Origin: Octopus sinensis
Taxonomy: Eukaryota
Assembly: GCF_006345805.1 (NCBI RefSeq)
Contig: NC_043026.1
Span: 8,184,001-8,248,000 of the forward strand
Direction of reading: 5' to 3'
Length of the DNA: 64,000 nt
The notes under the pieces were generated by a model. It saw only the letters and a list, made by a program, of their open reading frames with translations, did no database searches and had not been told where the DNA came from. Position numbers and translations under genes: made by a program. Below are positions 48,857-60,725 of this stretch, in pieces. Each line of letters starts with the position of its first letter. The first letter of the stretch is position 1.

Positions 48857-49258
48857 ACTCTTTTACTTGTTTCAGTCATTTGACTGCGGCCATGCTGGAG
48901 CACCGCCTTTAGTCGAGCAAATCGACCCCTGGACTTATTCTTTTGTAAGCCCAGTACTTATTCTATCGGTCTCTTTTGCCGAACTGCTAAGTAACGGGGA
49001 CATAAACACACCAGCATCGGTTGTCAACCAATGCTAGGGGGACAAACACAGACACACAAACACACGCACGCATATATATATATATATATATATACGACGG
49101 GCTTCTTTCAGTTTCCGTCTACCAAATCCACTCACAAGGCATTGGTCGGCCCGAGGCTATAGTAGAAGACACTTGCCCAATGTGCCATGCAGTGGGACTG
49201 AACCCGGAACCATGTGGTTGGTAAACAAGCCACCCACCACACAGCCACTCCTGCGCCT
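48857..49258 (-). mobile_element. SINE A
   Basis: Full-length reverse copy. Confidence 0.85.
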
Positions 49259-49846
49259 AACCACTAGGCTTGTGGCTTAGTGGTTAGGGTGTTTGACTCA
49301 TAGTCGTAAAATTGTGGTTTCAATTCCTGGACTGGATGGTGTGTTGTGTTCTTGGGCAAAACACTTCATTTCACGTTGCTCCAGTCCACTCAGCTGGCAA
49401 AAATGAGTCTTACCTGTGATGGACTGTTGTCCCGTCCAGGTGAGGTATATATGTGTGCCATGAAACTGGGAAACCAGCCCTTATGAGCCTAGCATGGCTC
49501 GAGAAGGGGACTTTACTCTTTAACCTTTGTAATCGCAGTTGGTCATACGTGGAAATCTAGCCCAACAGTGCAGGGTCAGTTGTTTCAGATAGGACCTTGT
49601 GGAGAAGATACCTGAGGACTCTCCTCCCATGACCCTCCCTTGTAGCTTGTGGAGGGAGGCATCATATTTACCTGTTGCTGTCACATAATTAATCCCCCCT
49701 GGAAATCTAGCCCAACAGTGCAGGGTCAGTTGTTTCAGATAGGACCCTATGGGGAAGATATCTGAGGATTCTCCTCCCATGACCCTTCCAGCTCCGTTCT
49801 ATTTACATGTCACTCACACTCACTCATTTTCTTTCTCTCTCTGTAG

Positions 49847-50018
49847 GTATCGTGCCCCAGAAGTCCTCCTCCGTGCCACCAACTACAGCTCCCCCATAGA
49901 CATGTGGGCAGTTGGCTGTATCATGGCCGAGGTCTACACTCTCCGTCCACTCTTCCCAGGCAGTTCAGAGATTGACCAAATATTCAAGATTAGCTCCATT
50001 CTGGGCACACCAGAAAGG
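49847..50018 (+). CDS. MAK: MAK exon 6 ([57 protein letters not shown])
   Basis: ctctgtag| and AGG|gtaagt; 172 nt. Confidence 0.97.
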
Positions 50019-50730
50019 GTAAGTCAGCCAGCTTCTTGCATGCGTGTGTGTGTGTATGTTCATGTGTGGGTGTGTGTGCACATCCAGGCATGTGGCTGTG
50101 TGTGTGTGTGTGTGCACATCCAGGCATGTGGCTGTGTGTGTGTGTGTGTGTGTGTGCACATCCAGGCATGTGGCTGTGTGTGTGTGTGCATGCGTAGGTA
50201 TGTGTGTATGTTTGTTCGTGAGTGTGTGTGCATGTGTGTATGTGCACGTCCATGCATGTGGCTGTGTGTGTGTGTATTTTGTGCCTTGTTCTCTACTGCT
50301 ACCCAGACTACCACATGTTTACTACCACTACATCCAAACTATGACTTCTACACCCACCACTGCAGAACTACTACTACTACTACCACCACCACCACCATTA
50401 CTACCATTATTACTACAACCACCACTACTACTATTACTACCACAACAGTCACCACTACTACTGCCATGACCATCATTATTACTATCACCACTACTACTAC
50501 TACCACCATCATGATCATCATTGTTACTACCACCACTACCATTACTACTACCACAACAGTCACCACTACTACTACCATGGCCAGCATGGTCGTTTTCAGC
50601 ACCACTACCACCACCACCATTACTTCTACTACAACTACCACTCCCACCATGACCCTCACTATTACCACCTCCACCACCACTGCGACCATGACCATCCCTA
50701 CTGTTATTGTTTTTGTTGTTGTCGTTGCAG

Positions 50731-50898
50731 AAGTGCTGGGATGAAGGCTACAGGCTTGCTGCCAGCATGAACTTTCGTTGGCCCCACTGCGTCCCCATCA
50801 ACCTGAAAACAGCTGTGCCAAATGCCAACAATGAGGGGTTGGCTGTGATGAGGGACCTCATGAAGTGGAACCCTAAGGACCGACCCTCTGCTAGTCAG
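50731..50898 (+). CDS. MAK: MAK exon 7 ([56 protein letters not shown])
   Basis: gttgcag| and CAG|gtaagt; 168 nt; end of the kinase domain. Confidence 0.95.
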
Positions 50899-51130
50899 GT
50901 AAGTCAGGATTGAACCTCTCTCCTCGATGTTTCGACATCAGCTTAAGTCTGCTTACAAGAGAAAGGACCCACAATCCGAGTTGTGCGTACCCCATCGGAA
51001 ATTGCAACTTCATCCGAGTAACATTGTATAGGTTTTGGATTTCTCTCCGAGGAATTATGAACAGGGGATTCCGTACAGGTTTCCTACATGTACCTATACC
51101 TGTTATGAATTTATTATATTTAATAATAAA

Positions 51131-51428
51131 TCTTTCTCTATATCTCTCTCTATATAAACGGCAGTTTGTCTGTGTGTGTTTCTGTGTGTCTGTTAGGTTG
51201 TACCCTCACCCTGACCACGGCTTTCAACCGATTCTGATGAAACTCGACACACACATAGCCCAATGTCATAATTCAAAACTAACGCAGCGAAAATTTTGAA
51301 AAGTTCCCCAGTTCTGAAAAAAATCGATAAATTCGACATTTTTTTGCTATATTTTGGCTATAACTGTCTAAAAATGCTTTATAGTTATTTCCCTTACAAA
51401 CCCGAGCAACGCCGGGCAATACTGCTAG
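51131..51428 (+). mobile_element. Non-autonomous Helitron
   Basis: 5' TC..., 3' hairpin CCCGAGCAACGCCGGG followed 8 nt later by CTAG. Confidence 0.75.
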
Positions 51429-51507
51429 TATATATATATAAAGCTGAAGTTGTCTGTGTATGGCAGGTTTGGTAGCCTTCAACTAACACTATCTCCTCCG
51501 AGACCCT
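51429..51507 (+). mobile_element. Helitron 5' fragment, followed by a SINE
   Basis: Nearly identical to the 5' end of 51833-52222; starts right after the CTAG of the previous element. Confidence 0.6.
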
Positions 51508-51832
51508 ACTATAGCCCCGGGCTGACCAAAGCCTTGTGAGTGGATTTGGTAAACGGAAACTGAAAGGAGCCTGTCGTATATGTCTATATATATATGTAGA
51601 TGTATGTGTGTGTTTGTGTGTCTGTGTTTGTCCCCCTAGCATCGCTTGACAACCGATGCTGGTGTGTTTACGTCCCCGTCACTTAGCGGTTCGGCAAAAA
51701 GAGACGGATAGAATAAGTACTGGGCTTACAAAGAGTAAGTTCCGGGGTCGATTTGCTTTACTAAAGGCGGTGCTCTGGCATGGCCACAGTCAAATGACTG
51801 AAACAAGTAAAAGAGTCAAAAGAGAGAGAGAG

Positions 51833-52222
51833 TATATTATATAAAGCTGAAGTTGTCTGTGTGTGGCAGGTTTGGTAGCCTTCAACTAACACTATCTCCT
51901 CCGAGACCCTGCGGCGCAATTCGACCAAAATTGAGAGTACGATAGAAGAAGGCTTGCTCTTCCTTCCATAGAAGAAAAAATTCAAATCAGACCATGTTAA
52001 CACCAAAAATTATTTACATCAAAAAGGTGCTTTTTTTCTATGAAAATCCCTATTTTTTTGCAATTTTTTGACTGCCGTGTTTCCATTTTTCGGTGTATTT
52101 CAACCAGGAAAATGTTCACTTAAAGAGAATAACAAGATACATAATGCAAAATTTTTACTTTTCAAAAATTCCAATTCTAAAGGGTCGAAACAAACCCGAG
52201 CAACGCTGGGCGATACTGCTAG
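51833..52222 (+). mobile_element. Non-autonomous Helitron (different body, same 3' end)
   Basis: CCCGAGCAACGCTGGG hairpin + CTAG at 52219-22. Confidence 0.75.
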
Positions 52223-52363
52223 TCTCTCTATATATAAAGCTTAAGTTGTCTGTGTGTGGCAGGTTTGGTAGCCGTCAACTAACACTATCTCCTCCGAGAC
52301 TCTGCGGCGCAAGTTGACCAAAATTGAGAATATGATAGAAGAAGGCTTGCTCTTCATTCCGTA
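52223..52363 (+). mobile_element. 3'-truncated Helitron, head-to-tail with the previous copy
   Basis: CTAG|TC junction; body repeats 51840-51970. Confidence 0.7.
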
Positions 52364-52812
52364 GGGTGTCAGCATCATGATCGTAAGATTGTGGTTTCGA
52401 TTCCTGGACCAGGTGACGCATTGTGTTCTTGAGCAAGACACTTCATTTCATATCACTCCAGCCCACTCAGCTGGCAAAAATGAGTAACTCTGCAATGGAC
52501 TCGTGTCCCGTCCAGCTGGGGAACACATATGCCATTAAAACCGGGAAACCGGGCCCATGAGCCTGGCTAGGCTTTAAAAGGGCGCATTTATTTATTTATT
52601 TTATATATATATACATGCATACATACATATATATGTGTATATATATATACATATATAAATATGGATATATATATATATATAAATAAATATGGATATATAT
52701 ATATATACTGGAGTAAACACATAAATGTGAAACAAGGTGGAAAAAAGAGTACTCAAATACCAGTGGTAGAGTAATATGCTTTATTTAAAAGCAGCAGAAA
52801 ATTCTACAAAAC

Positions 52813-52850
52813 CTGTTACTCTGAGTTTCACGTTCCCGTTCGTCGGACAG
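52813..52850 (-). ncRNA. Degenerate copy of the 3494 hammerhead family
   Basis: CTGT-CCGACGA-A-CG(GGAA)CG-T-GAAA-CTCAGAG-TA-ACAG. Confidence 0.4.
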
Positions 52851-52856
52851 TTTTTG

Positions 52857-52892
<36 letters not shown>

Positions 52893-53010
52893 TCTTTTAC
52901 TCTTTTACCTGTTTCAGCCATCCGGCTGAGGCCATGCTGGGACACTTATTTTATAGAAGGAGCTTCTACAGGACTAGAACTGTTTCATTCAAATGAAATC
53001 ATCAGGAAGC

Positions 53011-53044
53011 TTCCTGATGATTTCATTTGAATGAAACATTCTAG
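53011..53044 (+). ncRNA. Hammerhead core without stem I, at the centre of a palindrome
   Basis: CTGATGA-TTTCATTTGAAT-GAAA-CA(G)T-TC-TAG; 5' stem-I strand replaced by the fold-back junction. Confidence 0.3.
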
Positions 53045-53142
53045 TCCTGTAGAAGCTCCTTCTATAAAATAAATTATTTACTCTGCTATGTATTGAGTAC
53101 CTTATTTACTGTGGTTAACCCCGACTCACCCGGCCTACATAT

Positions 53143-53176
<34 letters not shown>

Positions 53177-53261
53177 ATATATTATAATATATATGGATAT
53201 ATATATAGATATATATCTCCATGTATGTGTATATATATATATAGATATATATCTCCATGTA

Positions 53262-53302
<41 letters not shown>

Positions 53303-53388
53303 ATATATATAGCACCTTACCTGCCTTATGGGTCTTCTGGATACCAAAGCCTCTCATATCTATATCTATATCCATTTTTTATCTGCAG

Positions 53389-53466
53389 ACATTAAAGTAC
53401 AATTTCTTCCATGTTGGCGTCAAACTGAATGGACCAAAGCCACAACAACAGCCACCTCCACAACAA

Positions 53467-53497
<31 letters not shown>

Positions 53498-53766
53498 AAC
53501 AACAGTTATATCATCACCATCATCACCAGCAGCAGCCACAACACCAGCAGCAGCATCATCATCAGCAACATCAGCAGAAACAGCAGCCAGGTGGCCATCG
53601 AATGGACGGGGAGGTTGGTGGTGTGAAGGGTGGTGAAGTGGGGAGTATCCTCCGGGAGCAGTACAAGTACCACACGCCTCACACTCACCCGCAGTTGAAG
53701 CCCCTCGCCGAGAACCGCAACAATACCAACATCCTGCCGACCCTGACATCGGGCAAGACGAATCAG
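53389..53766 (+). CDS. MAK: MAK exon 8 ([10 protein letters not shown]...polyQ/H...[11 protein letters not shown])
   Basis: atctgcag| and CAG|gtaagc; 378 nt, phase 0-0, stop-free. Confidence 0.85.
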
Positions 53767-54107
53767 GTAAGCGGAGAGACTTCTTGTGTGTGTGTGTGTG
53801 TGTGTGTGTATTTGCATGTGTGTATGTGTGTGTGTACATACATATGTTTGTATACGTGTGTATATGTATGCAAGTGTATGTAAACGTGTCTGTATTTGCA
53901 TATGTATGTGTGTGTGTGTGCACATGTGTGTATGTGCATATATACATATATATATATACATATCTATATACATATATATACATACATATATATATATATA
54001 CATACATATATATATACATATATATATATACATACATATATACATACATATATATATATACATACATATATATATATACACACACACATCTCTCTATTTG
54101 TATGTGC

Positions 54108-54142
<35 letters not shown>

Positions 54143-54910
54143 TACACATACACACAACTCTGTATTTGTATGTGCATATATATATATATATATATATACG
54201 CTATTTCACCATGCATTACCCCTCTCTTGATATCCTACGTTCTACTTGCCTAGAACCTGCCATCATTTCCCTGAACCACCCCTCCCCACTGGTGCTCCCC
54301 TATATTTCTGCCCCCCCCCCCCACATAAAAAGCACCATCCGAACGTGGCCGATGCCAGACCCCTCTGGCACCTGTGCAGGTGGCACGTAAAAAACACCCA
54401 CTACACTCGCGGAGTGGTTGGCGTTAGGAAGGGCATCCAGCTGTAGAAACACTGCCAGACTAGACTGGAGCCTGGGGCAGTCCCTAGCTCCCCAGACCCC
54501 GGTCGAAACCGTCCAACCCGTGCTAGCGCGGAAAACGGACGTTAAACGATGATGATGATGATGATGATGTGTGTGTGTATATGTATGTGTATATCTTAGC
54601 TGCTTTCTCGTATACGTGCAAAGCCATTGTAAGAAAGAATCGTTGAGATGAGTCATTGATGATGTAACGTGAGTCCCTTGTATGACTCTTGACCCCGATG
54701 GAAGATTTGCACATTCTATCACATAATGCACAGCTGTACTGGCTGGCAGAAGAAACAGGGGCCACTGTATGAACCCTTTTGACATGCCTTTTCACTCCTC
54801 CATCTGAGAGGCTCACATGAAGACAGACAGACAGACAGTAGGTATGTATGCCTTGTGTGTCCATGAATTTTAAGGGATTTTTTACCACTTTTTCTTGTGT
54901 CTTCCTTTAG

Positions 54911-55125
54911 GAACCGATCCCTCAGCTTCACCATCATTCTGCCAAAAAGACGAGCGCCCGGAAGCGCTGGGGCCTGGACATGTCCTGGGATGAGCCTGAC
55001 AGTTTTGACCTCACTGATGTCCAGAACACTAAACACTCGTTTCTGTCGGGTTTAAAGGACAAACGCACCGAGAACAATACCAGTTACATCTTTGACGATA
55101 TTGGCTTTGATGAAGAGTTTGCCAG
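54911..55125 (+). CDS. MAK: MAK exon 9 (EPIPQL...SARKRWG...FDEEFA)
   Basis: ttcctttag| and AG|gtattg; 215 nt; ARKRWG resembles the MAK/ICK RRRWG motif. Confidence 0.85.
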
Positions 55126-55682
55126 GTATTGAGTTCTACTACTACTGATGCTGTGGTTGTTGTTGTGTGTGTGTATGTGTATTATTTCAAAAATAATATT
55201 CGTCATCTTTATGCACCGACTGACATCGGAAACAGAAACAGCTGTAAGAATTTCTCCTATAAGAGAAAAATAATGTTATATGCAGCTATGAGGAGACCCT
55301 AATTGAGTACTGCATTTTAATGGGTATAAAGAACCCTCTAATTTTGGGGGCTTAAAATTTGAAAAAAAGGTTTTGTAAGGGACTATAATACTGTTCATGT
55401 ATAAGAAACTCCCATATTTCTTTAAACTAATTTTTAACAAAAAAGGGTTCCTTAAACATGTTAAAAGATGGGATGTGGAAATTCTATTTTATTTGTTCCC
55501 TCACTCATAAGAAAAAGACCCTGCAAAATAATAATAAGCCCCCCACCCCCACCCCGTTATAAGCCCTGAGCTTATCCTTGAAAGGAAACTCCCCTTTCCC
55601 TTCTTAGCAAACTCTCTTCCTCTCACTCCAAAAGCAGCCATAGGTGGCAGCACCAACAGTTGCCTATCAAATTTGCTATTTA

Positions 55683-56081
55683 CTCTCTTTTACTTGTTTC
55701 AGTCATGTGACTGTGGCCATGCTGGAGCACCGCCTTTAGTCGAACAAATCGACCCCAGGACTTATTCTTTGTAAGCCTAGTACTTATTCTATCAGTCTCT
55801 TTTTGCCGAACCGCTAAGTAACGGGGACGTAAACACACCAGCATCGGTTGTCAAGCAATGTTGGGGGGACAAACACAGACACACACAAACACACATATAT
55901 ATACATATACATATATACGACGGGCTTCTTTCAGTTTCCGTCTACCAAATCCACTCACAAGGCTTCGGTCAGCCTGAGGCTATAGTAGAAGACACTTGGC
56001 CAAGGTGCCACGCAGTGGGACTGAACCCGGAACCATGTGGTTGGTAAGCAAGCTACTTACTGCACAGCCACTCCTGCGCCT
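55683..56081 (-). mobile_element. SINE A (left member of an inverted pair)
   Basis: Full-length reverse copy. Confidence 0.85.
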
Positions 56082-56117
<36 letters not shown>

Positions 56118-56119
56118 TA

Positions 56120-56285
56120 TAGGTGCAGGAGTGGCTGTGTGGTAAGTAGCTTGCTAACCAACCACATGGTTCCGGGTTCAGTCCCACTGCGTGGCATCTT
56201 GGGCAAGTGTCTTTTGCTATAGCCCCGGGCCAGTCAATGCCTTGTGAGTGGATTTGGTAGATGGAAACTGAAAAAGCCCGTCGTA

Positions 56286-56332
<47 letters not shown>

Positions 56333-56520
56333 TTGTCCCCCTAGCATAGCTTGACAACCGATGCTGGTGTGTTTATGTCCCCGTAATTTAGCGGTTTGGC
56401 AAAAGAGACCGATAGAATAAGTACTGGGCTTACAAAGAATAAGTCCTGGGGTTGAGTTGCTCGATTAAAGGCGGTGCTCCAGCATGGCCACAGTCAAATG
56501 ACTGAAAGAAGTAAAGAGAG
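56120..56520 (+). mobile_element. SINE A (right member of an inverted pair)
   Basis: Full-length forward copy ~38 bp after the reverse copy. Confidence 0.85.
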
Positions 56521-56636
56521 TATATATAATGTGGGAAATTTGACTGGTGACTGTTTGTATGTATGTATATTGTATGTGTGTATGTATATATATATGTTGA
56601 CAAACATATGTTCACACATTGTTCATCCATTCACAG

Positions 56637-56758
56637 CTTCTCCAAGAAGAAGGCTCCACCTGTGAAGGCGCCAATGACCAATAGACAGAACTCTGGTCAA
56701 CACACCAGCCGGTCATCGGCCAAACAGTTTTACCTTGGGAAAGCTCGTTACCTACCAG
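56637..56758 (+). CDS. MAK: MAK exon 10 (FSKKKAPP...[15 protein letters not shown])
   Basis: ttcacag| and G|gtatgt; 122 nt; conserved SAKQ.YL...RYLPG tail motif. Confidence 0.9.
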
Positions 56759-56859
56759 GTATGTATAACACTCAACCATGTGTATATAGCATGTATGTAT
56801 GTGTGTGTGTGTGGGGGGGTATGGTTCCTCTGGCATGGATTTGATGGTGTGGACATGTA

Positions 56860-57143
56860 CCTGTGTATGTATATATATGTGTATATATATATATGTGTAT
56901 ATATATATATGTGTATATATATATATGTGTATATATATATATTATATATATATATATACACTATATATGTATATGTATATATATATGTATATATATATAT
57001 ATATTATATATATGTATATGTATATGTATATATATGTATATGTATATATATATGTATATGTATATATATGTATATGTATATATATATGTATATGTATATA
57101 TATGTATATATATGTGTATGTATATATATGTGTATGTATATAT

Positions 57144-57193
<50 letters not shown>

Positions 57194-57224
57194 TATATAG
57201 ATATATTATATATATATATATGTA

Positions 57225-57263
<39 letters not shown>

Positions 57264-57383
57264 ATATATATATATGTGTGTGTATATATATATGTGTGTA
57301 TATATATATATATGTGTATATATATATATGTGTATATATATATATGTGTATATCTATATATGTGTAGTGTATATATATATGTG

Positions 57384-57415
<32 letters not shown>

Positions 57416-57759
57416 CACTATATATATGTATATGTATATGTATATATATATATGTGTATATATATATATGTGTGTATATATATATATGTATATATATATA
57501 TACACATATATATATGTATATGTATATATATATATGTGTTATATATATGTGTATATATATATATGATATATATATACACATATATATATATGTATATGTT
57601 ATATATATGTATATGTATATATATGTTATATATATATATATTATATATATGTATATATATATATGTATATATATGTATATGTATATATATGTATATATAT
57701 ATATGTATATATATGTGTATGTATATATATGTGTATGTATATATATATATATGTATATG

Positions 57760-57791
<32 letters not shown>

Positions 57792-57830
57792 TATATGTAT
57801 ATGTTTATATATATATATATATAAATGAAT
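56860..57830. repeat. ~1 kb (TA)n/(TATG)n tract
   Basis: Direct reading. Confidence 0.95.
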
Positions 57831-59072
57831 ATAGGGATGGTATTATTAAAATACCATCACAAGAGGTAAGCGAATTATTAGCCGTACAGGCAAATTAATA
57901 AAATATATACATACAATATTAGATATGTACATATATACATAAGGGTACTACATGAGTACCTACAGTAACAGTTAAGCTTCGTGCAATGGCCATACTCAAT
58001 AACGAGGGGGCAGCCATAATAATAATAATGTATGTATTTATGCATGTATGTGTGTGAGGATGTCTTTTCTATTTTTAATCACTAAAATTCTTCCCCTGAA
58101 GAAGGAATTGGTGTCTAACAAAAATGCAAAGTGTCCATTTTTGGAATGTAGGAAACGGAAACATTGATGCATTTTAAATCTTAGAAAAGTCTTGTAGAGT
58201 TTCACTGTTCTATTTACAGATTGTTTTTGTAATGTGTGTGTGTATGTATGTATGGATGTATGTCGGGCATGTGGAAGAGAGTGTAATTCGGCAGGAGGAC
58301 TTAAACGACATGCAAAGGTACATGAAGCCCAGTTACAACTACAGCCGGCCTTTGCCGGTAAAAGTTTTGGCCGCCAATTCTGTACAAGACATTGTAGATC
58401 TTTGGCTGGGCTAAAAAGTCACATTGTTGAGAGTATGGATGATGCAATCACAGCTTCACACACACACACCCACCCTGCCTTTCACCCGTGTTGTTATTGC
58501 AAGAGAGCCATCATCATTTAATGTCCATTGTCTATGCTGGCATGGGTTGGACGGTTTGACCAGGGCTTTCAAGCTGGAAAGCTACACCAGACTCCAGACT
58601 GATTTGGTATGGTTTCTATGGCTGGATGCTCTTCCTAATGCCAATCCCTCCGAGAGTGTAATAGGTGCTTTTACATCCCACTGGCACGGGTGCCATTTGC
58701 GTGACACCAGTATCTGCCATGACTTCAATTTTGCTTGGCTTGATGGGTCTTGCACAGCATAATGCCAAAGGTCTTGGTCATTGGCTCCATGGGGCCCAGC
58801 ACTTGAAAGGATGATGGTAGTGATGATGGTGGTGGTGATCGTAATGGCGGTGGTGATGTTAATGGTGATGGTAGTGATCATGATGGTGGTGATCGTGATG
58901 GCAGTGGTGGTGATGATGGTGGTGGTGGTGGTGGTGGTGATGATGGTAATGATGGTGGTGGTGGTGGTGGTGAGGATGGTTAGGGTTAGGCAACGATGAT
59001 GATGGTGGTGGTAATGATGATGATGATGCTGATGATGGTGTTGAAACACCTTTAATCTTTTATTTTGCCCAG

Positions 59073-59162
59073 GTATAAATCCTACGTTAGGCTCAGGATG
59101 TAAAGACAATGTTGCGCTGTGGAGTAAGCCATTCACCAACCTCTCTCGCAATAACAACACAG
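59073..59162 (+). CDS. MAK: MAK exon 11 (GINPTLGSGCKDNVALWSKPFTNLSRNNNT)
   Basis: tttgcccag| and G|gtgagt; 90 nt, phase 1-1; YLPG-IN continues as in ICK. Confidence 0.75.
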
Positions 59163-59499
59163 GTGAGTGGCAGGGTGGGTGGGTGAGGCTGTGAGTGTGT
59201 GTGTGATTGTATATATGACCCTGCCGGGCGAAATGCGTAGCTGTATTTCGTCTGCTATTACGTTCTGAGTTCAAATTCCACCGAGGTTGACTTTGCCTTT
59301 CATCCTTTCCGGGTCGATAAATTAAGTACCAGTTGCGCACTGGGGTCGATATAATCGACTTAATACCTATGTCTGTCCTTGTTTGTCCCCTCTATATTTA
59401 GTACCTTGTGAGCAATAAAGAAATATATATGACCCTGCATGTGTGTGTGTGGGGGGGGGGTCAGTGTTTGTATGGCTATGAGCATGTGTGTGTAGTTTC

Positions 59500-59885
59500 T
59501 TCTTTTACTTGTTTCAGTCGTGTGACTGTGGCCATGCTGGAGCACCGCCTTTAGTCGATCAAATCGACCCCAGGACTTATTCTTTGTAAGCCTAGTACTT
59601 ATTTTATCGGTCTCTCTTTTGCCGAACCGCTAAGTTACGGGGACGTAAACACACCAGCATCGGTTGTCAAGCAATGTTGGGGGGACAAACACAGACAAAC
59701 ATGCACACACATATATATATATACGACGGGCTTCTTTCAGTTTCCGTCTACCAAATCCACTCACAAGGCTTTGGTCGCCCTGAGGCATTAGTAGAAGACA
59801 CTTACCCAAGGTGCCACGCAGTGGGACTGAACCCTGAACCATGTGGTTCGTAAGCAAGCTACTTACCACACAGTCACTCCTATGC
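59500..59885 (-). mobile_element. SINE A
   Basis: Full-length reverse copy. Confidence 0.85.
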
Positions 59886-60072
59886 CTATTGTGTATGTAT
59901 CTGTGTGCATGTGTGTGAGAAAGTTGGCTGCTATTTTTAGCAATTTAAATGGCTCGATAGGAACACCATTGTTTGATTTGAGTGGATATGAATCCTAGGA
60001 TTAGTCTGTCTGTCTGTCTCTCTTTGTCTCTCTCTCTCTCTCAATAATTTCTCATGCTTTCCCTCTCTGCAG

Positions 60073-60178
60073 ATTTTAGCTGGAAACCGACCCCTAGTAA
60101 TTTAAAGAAAAATTCTGCAACCTACAGAAGACCCTCAGTTGGGGCAGCACTGCATGGTCGTCCTGATTGGGCAGCTAA
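60073..60178 (+). CDS. MAK: MAK exon 12 (DFSWKPTPS...ALHGRPDWAAK)
   Basis: ctctctgcag| and AA|gtaagt; 106 nt; conserved C-terminal HGRxDWxxK motif. Confidence 0.88.
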
Positions 60179-60218
60179 GTAAGTAACTATGACGATATTA
60201 CTATCATGTGTGTGTGTG

Positions 60219-60438
60219 TGAGAGGCTTCTGAACAGTTCCTGGCTTTAAGGGTCTCGTGGGAGCCCTAGTTGGAGGCTCAACCTTCCAAGTTCTTTTTAC
60301 AGGGCTTCAGAAAACTGAAGGGCCGCTGCAATAAGTGTGTGAATCTGAGAGGGGAATACTTCAAAGAAAATTATAATTAACTGATTCTCCCGTGTATTTT
60401 CTTTTACTGAGAGCCAGGAACTTTTCAACCACCCCTCG
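60219..60438. mobile_element. Mariner-derived MITE
   Basis: Ends GGAACTTTTCAACCACCCCTCG|TA; homologous to 13928-14162. Confidence 0.6.
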
Positions 60439-60486
60439 TATGTAATATATATATGTATATATATATATATATATTATATATATATA

Positions 60487-60725
60487 CAGTTGCGGCCAAA
60501 ATGTTCAGAACGGCATTGTTTTCGCCATGGATTTTGCAGTAAATCACTAAATCATCCATAACTTTTGTATTATCCTCTCAAATTACACCAAAATCTCAGA
60601 CAATAACAATTAATATCGTATTTATTGTCTGTGAAAATTATAGAATATAAAACAACTTTGATAAAAAAATTATACCTACTTTTCTGACGAAAACAATGCC
60701 GTTCTGAACATTTTGGCCGCAACTG
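60487..60725. mobile_element. Tc1-like MITE
   Basis: 38-bp TIR CAGTTGCGGCCAAAATGTTCAGAACGGCATTGTTTTCG with TA flanks. Confidence 0.85.

Noticed and set aside
50915-50965. Minus-strand …GTCGAAACATCGAGG PLE-like end
   Set aside because: No recognisable CUGANGA; too degenerate to call.
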